Source: Spirochaetia bacterium (lineage in GTDB: Bacteria; Spirochaetota; Spirochaetia; CAKZLE01). Taken from it: a DNA stretch of 64,000 nucleotides. The position numbers were made by a program, and so were the translations under genes. The notes beneath the pieces were generated by a model. The model saw nothing but the letters and a program-made list of their open reading frames with translations, made no database searches and was not told the origin of the DNA. The stretch is from contig OY782041.1 in assembly GCA_963677595.1 (NCBI GenBank), positions 2,592,001 to 2,656,000 on the forward strand, in the 5' to 3' direction. Every line of letters starts with the position of its first letter. The first letter of the stretch is position 1. Below, piece after piece: positions 59,306-64,000 of the stretch.

Positions 59306-61627
59306 ATGAAAGCATATACGAATATAGTAGAACTGGTAGGGCAGATGACCCTGGAGGAGAAGGCCGGGATGTGCTCGGGCGAGGACTTCTGGTTCACTAA
59401 GGCGGTGGAGCGGCTGGGCATCCCCTCGATCATGATGACTGATGGTCCCCACGGGCTGAGGAAACAGGCAGGGGAGGATGCCGTCGGGCTGATGGAGAGC
59501 GTCCCGGCGACCTGTTTCCCCTCAGGTGTGGGGCTGGCCTCCACCTGGGATACGGCTCTGCTCCACAAGGTGGGGACTGCCCTCGGTAAGGAGAGTAAGG
59601 CCGAAGGGGTGGGAATCATCCTCGGCCCTGCGGTGAACATGAAGCGATCCCCCCTGTGCGGGAGGAACTTCGAGTATTTCTCGGAAGACCCCTATCTTGC
59701 GGGGGAACTTGCCAAGGCCCATATATCGGGGGTGCAGGCCCAGGGGGTAGGGACCTCCATCAAGCACTTCGCTGTGAACAGCCAGGAGAAGCGGCGGATG
59801 ACCGTCAGCGCGGAAGTCGACGAACGGACTCTGAGGGAGATCTACCTCCCGGCATTCGAGACAGCCGTGAAGGAGTGCCAGCCCTGGACCGTGATGAACG
59901 CCTACAACCGGCTCAACGGTACCTACTGCTCAGAGCACAAAGAGCTCCTTACCGGTATCCTGAAAGAGGAGTGGGGCCATGAGGGGATCGTGATCACCGA
60001 CTGGGGTGCCAACAACGACCGGGTCGCCGGCATCAAGGCAGGGCAGAACCTGGAGATGCCCGGCAACGGCGGTATCTGCGACCGACACATCGTGGAGGCG
60101 GTGAAGAGCGGGGAGCTCGATGAGGCAGTCCTCGATGAGAGCGTCTCACGGGTCCTGCGGGTGGTCTTCAATGCGGCAGAACTGCTGCAAAGTCAGGCGC
60201 AGCCTGCAGACCTGCAGGCCCACCATGAGCTTGCGCGTAACGTCGCTGCAGAGAGCATGGTCCTGCTCAGGAACGAGCGGGGACTGCTGCCCTTCAGCAC
60301 AGAGGGTACCACTGCCGTGATCGGGGCCTTCGCGAAGCATCCGAGGTTCCAGGGGGGTGGTTCCTCCCATATCAACCCGGCCTACCTCGATACCGTCCTC
60401 CAGTCCATGGAGGACCGGTTCGGGGAAGTCCCGTATGCTGAAGGCTATGATCTCCATACCGGGGAAACCACTCCGGAACTGCTCGAGGAGGCAGTGAAGG
60501 CAGCAGGTTCCGCTGAGAAGGTGATCCTCTGCATCGGCCTCCCTGACATCTATGAGTCCGAGGGGTTCGACCGGGAACATATGCAGCTTCCGCAGGGCCA
60601 TACCGACCTGCTGAAGACGATCCTGGCAGTCCAGCCTGACACCGCGGTGGTCTTGAGCAACGGCTCCCCGGTCGAGATGCCCTGGATCGATTCCGCAGAT
60701 GCCGTGATCGAAGGCTACCTTGCAGGCCAGGGAGGCGGACAGGCCCTTGTCGATATCATCTTCGGGGAGGTGAACCCCTCCGGGAAGCTGGCTGAGAGCT
60801 TCCCGCTCAGGCTGGCAGATACCCCGTCCTACATCAACTTCCCTGGTGACATGAAGCGGGTAGCCTACCGTGAGGGCATCTTCATCGGCTACCGGTTCTA
60901 CGAGAAGCGGTCAGAGGAGGTCCTCTTCCCCTTCGGCCACGGGCTCTCCTACACGGACTTCTCCTATGGGGAGATCTCCTGTCCTGATAACTGGACAGCA
61001 GGGAGCGGTCTACTGGAAGTCTCGATTCCCATAACCAACACAGGTGCCCGCAGCGGGGCCGAGGTCGTGCAGCTCTATGTGAAGGACCGTGAAGCGAGTG
61101 TCCTCCGGCCGGTCAAGGAGCTCAAGGGCTTTGGGAAGGTATCACTTGAGCCGGGCGAGCAAAAGATCGTCTCCTTCAGCCTTGATGAGCGATCCTTCGC
61201 CTTCTGGGATGTCGACATCCATGACTGGAGAGTAGAGGCAGGCGAGTTCATGATCTATATCGGCTCATCCTCCGCAGACATCAGGCAGAGTGCCGTGATC
61301 ACCGTCGAACCTGCTGTACCCTTTCAGCCGGTATTCGATGAGAACACCATGATCATGGAGTTGGATTCACATCCCGCCGGCAGGAAGTTCGCTCAAAAGT
61401 TCCGGGACCTGTTCATCGGGCAGTTCGGCATCACCGAGGAGAGCAGTGCTGAACAGACAGCGATGGTATATGCCATGGCAGAGGAACTGCCGCTGCGCAA
61501 TGCGGTGAGGATGACTAGCGGGGCAGTGTCGGAATCTGAGCTTGCCCTCCTGCTCGATATCGTGAACAATAGGGAACCGGCAGGACGGATCGATGAGATC
61601 CTGCAGGCAGGAGTGAATAGGATATGA
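59306..61627 (+). CDS. GH3 beta-glucosidase
   Basis: TDGPHGLRK, GRNFEYFSEDP, KHFAVN, ITDWG, ESEGFDR, Fn3-like domain. Confidence 0.95.
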   Translation: MKAYTNIVELVGQMTLEEKAGMCSGEDFWFTKAVERLGIPSIMMTDGPHGLRKQAGEDAVGLMESVPATCFPSGVGLASTWDTALLHKVGTALGKESKAEGVGIILGPAVNMKRSPLCGRNFEYFSEDPYLAGELAKAHISGVQAQGVGTSIKHFAVNSQEKRRMTVSAEVDERTLREIYLPAFETAVKECQPWTVMNAYNRLNGTYCSEHKELLTGILKEEWGHEGIVITDWGANNDRVAGIKAGQNLEMPGNGGICDRHIVEAVKSGELDEAVLDESVSRVLRVVFNAAELLQSQAQPADLQAHHELARNVAAESMVLLRNERGLLPFSTEGTTAVIGAFAKHPRFQGGGSSHINPAYLDTVLQSMEDRFGEVPYAEGYDLHTGETTPELLEEAVKAAGSAEKVILCIGLPDIYESEGFDREHMQLPQGHTDLLKTILAVQPDTAVVLSNGSPVEMPWIDSADAVIEGYLAGQGGGQALVDIIFGEVNPSGKLAESFPLRLADTPSYINFPGDMKRVAYREGIFIGYRFYEKRSEEVLFPFGHGLSYTDFSYGEISCPDNWTAGSGLLEVSIPITNTGARSGAEVVQLYVKDREASVLRPVKELKGFGKVSLEPGEQKIVSFSLDERSFAFWDVDIHDWRVEAGEFMIYIGSSSADIRQSAVITVEPAVPFQPVFDENTMIMELDSHPAGRKFAQKFRDLFIGQFGITEESSAEQTAMVYAMAEELPLRNAVRMTSGAVSESELALLLDIVNNREPAGRIDEILQAGVNRI

Positions 61628-62280
61628 GTAGCGATACCGCATCGAGCAGGATGATCTACCAGGTGGATGAGACACGTGACCGCATCCTCGATGCGGCACA
61701 GAGCCTGTTCATAGAGAGAGGCCTCTTCGACGTGACGATGAAGGACCTCGCAAGTGAGATCGGGATCAGCAGGGCCTCGCTCTACCGGTACTACCGGGAC
61801 AAGCTCGACCTTGCGCTCGATGTGATGTCGAAAATGCTCACCGGGCTGCCTGCCGGGGAGGCGGCAGCACATGCAAAGAAGACTGGGAAGACTGGACTCG
61901 ACAAGGCCTTCATCTTCCTCGAGCACTACTGGCTCAACCCCGGTTATATCGCGAACTATCGCTACCTGGCCGAGTTCGATACCTACTTCTCAGGGGCGAG
62001 AGCCCCACAAGCCTTCAGGCAAAGACTCGCTGGGGCCCTGGACCAGTGTTATCCCGGCATGCTGGAGGAATACCTGCAAGAGGGAATAGGAGACGGCTCT
62101 ATCAGGAGTGACATCGAGCTCGACATCACCGCGGAGATGCTCCAGAATGCCCTGCGGGCACTGCACCACCGGGTCCTGCTGCGGGGGGAGCTGCTCATCG
62201 AAGTGCATGAGGAGAATCTTCAGGCCCTGCCTAAGCTGCTGCTATCCCACCTGAAGGAGAGCCTTGCAGCACGTGCATGA
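61624..62280 (+). CDS. TetR/AcrR-family regulator
   Basis: VTMKDLASEIGISRASLYRYY. Confidence 0.92.
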   Translation: MSSDTASSRMIYQVDETRDRILDAAQSLFIERGLFDVTMKDLASEIGISRASLYRYYRDKLDLALDVMSKMLTGLPAGEAAAHAKKTGKTGLDKAFIFLEHYWLNPGYIANYRYLAEFDTYFSGARAPQAFRQRLAGALDQCYPGMLEEYLQEGIGDGSIRSDIELDITAEMLQNALRALHHRVLLRGELLIEVHEENLQALPKLLLSHLKESLAARA

Positions 62281-62358
62281 TCGAACCCGGGGTGATCCCC
62301 TTGGGGGGGCGCGGAGTAGAGCCCAATGTCTGCGGTATGCATGAATAACAGAATTGGA

Positions 62359-63264
62359 CTATTGAAGTGCCTGTTCGAGCAGGTGCAGCTGCTGGCTGAA
62401 CTTTTGTGGATTGGATCGTTGCATGATCCTCAGGTTCTGCTGTTTCCATTGTATTGCAGGCAGTCTGGGGAAATTGGGAATAGAATCAGTGAATGATGTT
62501 TCAGTCAATGCGAAGAAATCGAGGAGACCTTGTTTCTGCGTATCTGTGAAGGATTCCTTGATAGTCGCTATGAGCGTCTCCAAGGTATTCGAGGAATCCG
62601 ACAAGGAGAAGTCTGCATCTGTCATCCCCAGGAACTCCTGGTTGAATATCGTATCAAGAACCTTGAAGTTTGGCTGAAGCAGTTCCTGAGGGGGGCGATT
62701 ATGGCAGCAAAGGTAACAGATGAACCCTGTAAGGATCTCAGGTGTTATGCCTTCGTCTTGAAGTAATAGTGAGATATCGAACAAATCCCTTGGGTGCTGA
62801 CGATCAAGAGCAGCACATATCTTGCCTCCATAAAGGTCAGGTGTGGATGCTATAGTTGCAGAAATAAACCCTAATTCAGAGACTCTCCTGCTGACGGGCT
62901 TTCTTTCAGGTGCATATACGAAGCCTCTCAGGGTATAATTCGGTTCCACCTTGATGGCTGCATGTGAATCCGAGCATATGATCTTCCACAGGTTGCCTTT
63001 CCCTTTTTGCACAACCACTTTGATGGATCTGTTGCGTAGGTCTGAGGCGATTGAAGCCAAAGCTGAATTCAAGTTCAGCATGGCCGTATCCCGGGGTTCG
63101 AAGCCAATGTACGTGAGATCGATATCAACTGAGAGGCGGGGCATATCCCGTAGGAACAGGTTTATTGCCGACCCCCCTTTCAAGGCGAAACAGTGCTGCC
63201 GTTCGATCACCGGTAAGACCTTCAGGATCAGTCTAACCTGGGCAAGGTATAGATCATTGAACAA
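62359..63264 (-). CDS. AbiEii/AbiGii nucleotidyltransferase toxin (type IV TA)
   Basis: LKGGSAINL...PRLSVDIDL, GGKICAALDRQHPRDLFD. Confidence 0.92.
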   Translation of the reverse strand: MFNDLYLAQVRLILKVLPVIERQHCFALKGGSAINLFLRDMPRLSVDIDLTYIGFEPRDTAMLNLNSALASIASDLRNRSIKVVVQKGKGNLWKIICSDSHAAIKVEPNYTLRGFVYAPERKPVSRRVSELGFISATIASTPDLYGGKICAALDRQHPRDLFDISLLLQDEGITPEILTGFICYLCCHNRPPQELLQPNFKVLDTIFNQEFLGMTDADFSLSDSSNTLETLIATIKESFTDTQKQGLLDFFALTETSFTDSIPNFPRLPAIQWKQQNLRIMQRSNPQKFSQQLHLLEQALQ

Positions 63265-64000
63265 TTCCGTATGCTCCTAAACTGATTTGGTATTTTGGGT
63301 TGTATATCCCTCCTGGTTCAATGACTCTCTTCCCTCGTCCAAGGTAGAGGTCTTCCTGGTTGATCTTTTCAAGCCAGTCATGGCCAATAAGGTCACTGAA
63401 AAAGAGGAATAGACGTTTAGTCTTCACCGAATCCGTATGCTTCAGCAGTTTCTGGAGAAGATCAGGTTGCAGACTAACCAACATCTCAAGTAGATTGAAA
63501 GCAATATCCAGACTTCCCTTGGCTGGGCAGAGACTGAAGTATTCTATGATTGCCCGTTCCGGGGTCGATATCCTGAAAGAGTAATCCAGATAGTGAAAAT
63601 CCACCAGGCCGTCATCTGTTGTGATAACTGAATGATAGGCAGTAAATGCCGAGCCGAGTATATCAGGGGTAAACCAGGATGCCAGCTTGACAGGCTGTTC
63701 AAGAAACAGTTGTTCTGCTCTTGATTGTGGGTCCATGGTGACGTAATGCTGGTATCCATGCAGTCGTAAGGCTGACTCCCCACCGATATGTATATCTGAA
63801 TTGTTCATGGTCTGGAGAGAGAATAGTGCCCCCTGCAGACTTGGTTTACCGTCAAAGGGAACATAGACACCCTTGCCGATCCTCCGTAGCCATCCGCTCT
63901 TCACATAGTACTGCTGTAAGTCGATAGATATCCCAAGGTCTCTCATATAGGAGGAGAACAGTACCGTTCCTGAATGAGTTGAATGTAAAAGGAAGATTAG
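63254..64000 (-). CDS. AbiEi-family antitoxin, 5'-partial
   Basis: Frame open to the window end; SGWLRRIGKGVY, STPERAIIE, SVKTKRLFL; overlaps the toxin start. Confidence 0.9.
   Translation of the reverse strand, partial: LIFLLHSTHSGTVLFSSYMRDLGISIDLQQYYVKSGWLRRIGKGVYVPFDGKPSLQGALFSLQTMNNSDIHIGGESALRLHGYQHYVTMDPQSRAEQLFLEQPVKLASWFTPDILGSAFTAYHSVITTDDGLVDFHYLDYSFRISTPERAIIEYFSLCPAKGSLDIAFNLLEMLVSLQPDLLQKLLKHTDSVKTKRLFLFFSDLIGHDWLEKINQEDLYLGRGKRVIEPGGIYNPKYQISLGAYGIVQ

Overview
Bacterial chromosomal window, probably from a spirochaete (Sphaerochaeta-like; inferred from protein style only). It is dense in ABC transporters and metabolic genes: a ycjMNOP-like glucosylglycerate cluster with two glycosyltransferases, katG, leuCD, trxA, znuABC, an FGGY kinase, a GH3 beta-glucosidase, a tungsten AOR operon and an AbiE toxin-antitoxin pair. 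There are four IS elements with mappable ends: two paralogous IS110-family elements, an IS1595 nested in the second, and an IS1634 carrying a divergent DUF6788 gene. The most striking signal is in the two IS110s. Each has a ~190-200 nt structured left-end ncRNA whose loop segments match that element's own reconstructed target and donor junction and covary between the copies, consistent with an RNA-guided (bridge-RNA) recombinase. Each also has 12-bp subterminal inverted repeats and a -35/17/-10 promoter formed only on circularisation; excising the first restores the hipA reading frame. Other notable items: a tandem SCP2-AOR fusion, an HTH-HAD-Sua5 triple fusion, an RHH/Cys-His regulator heading znuABC, and three 14-bp palindromes at exactly 40-bp period upstream of an AAA/DUF4143 gene. 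All calls are from motif recognition by eye; no searches were run.
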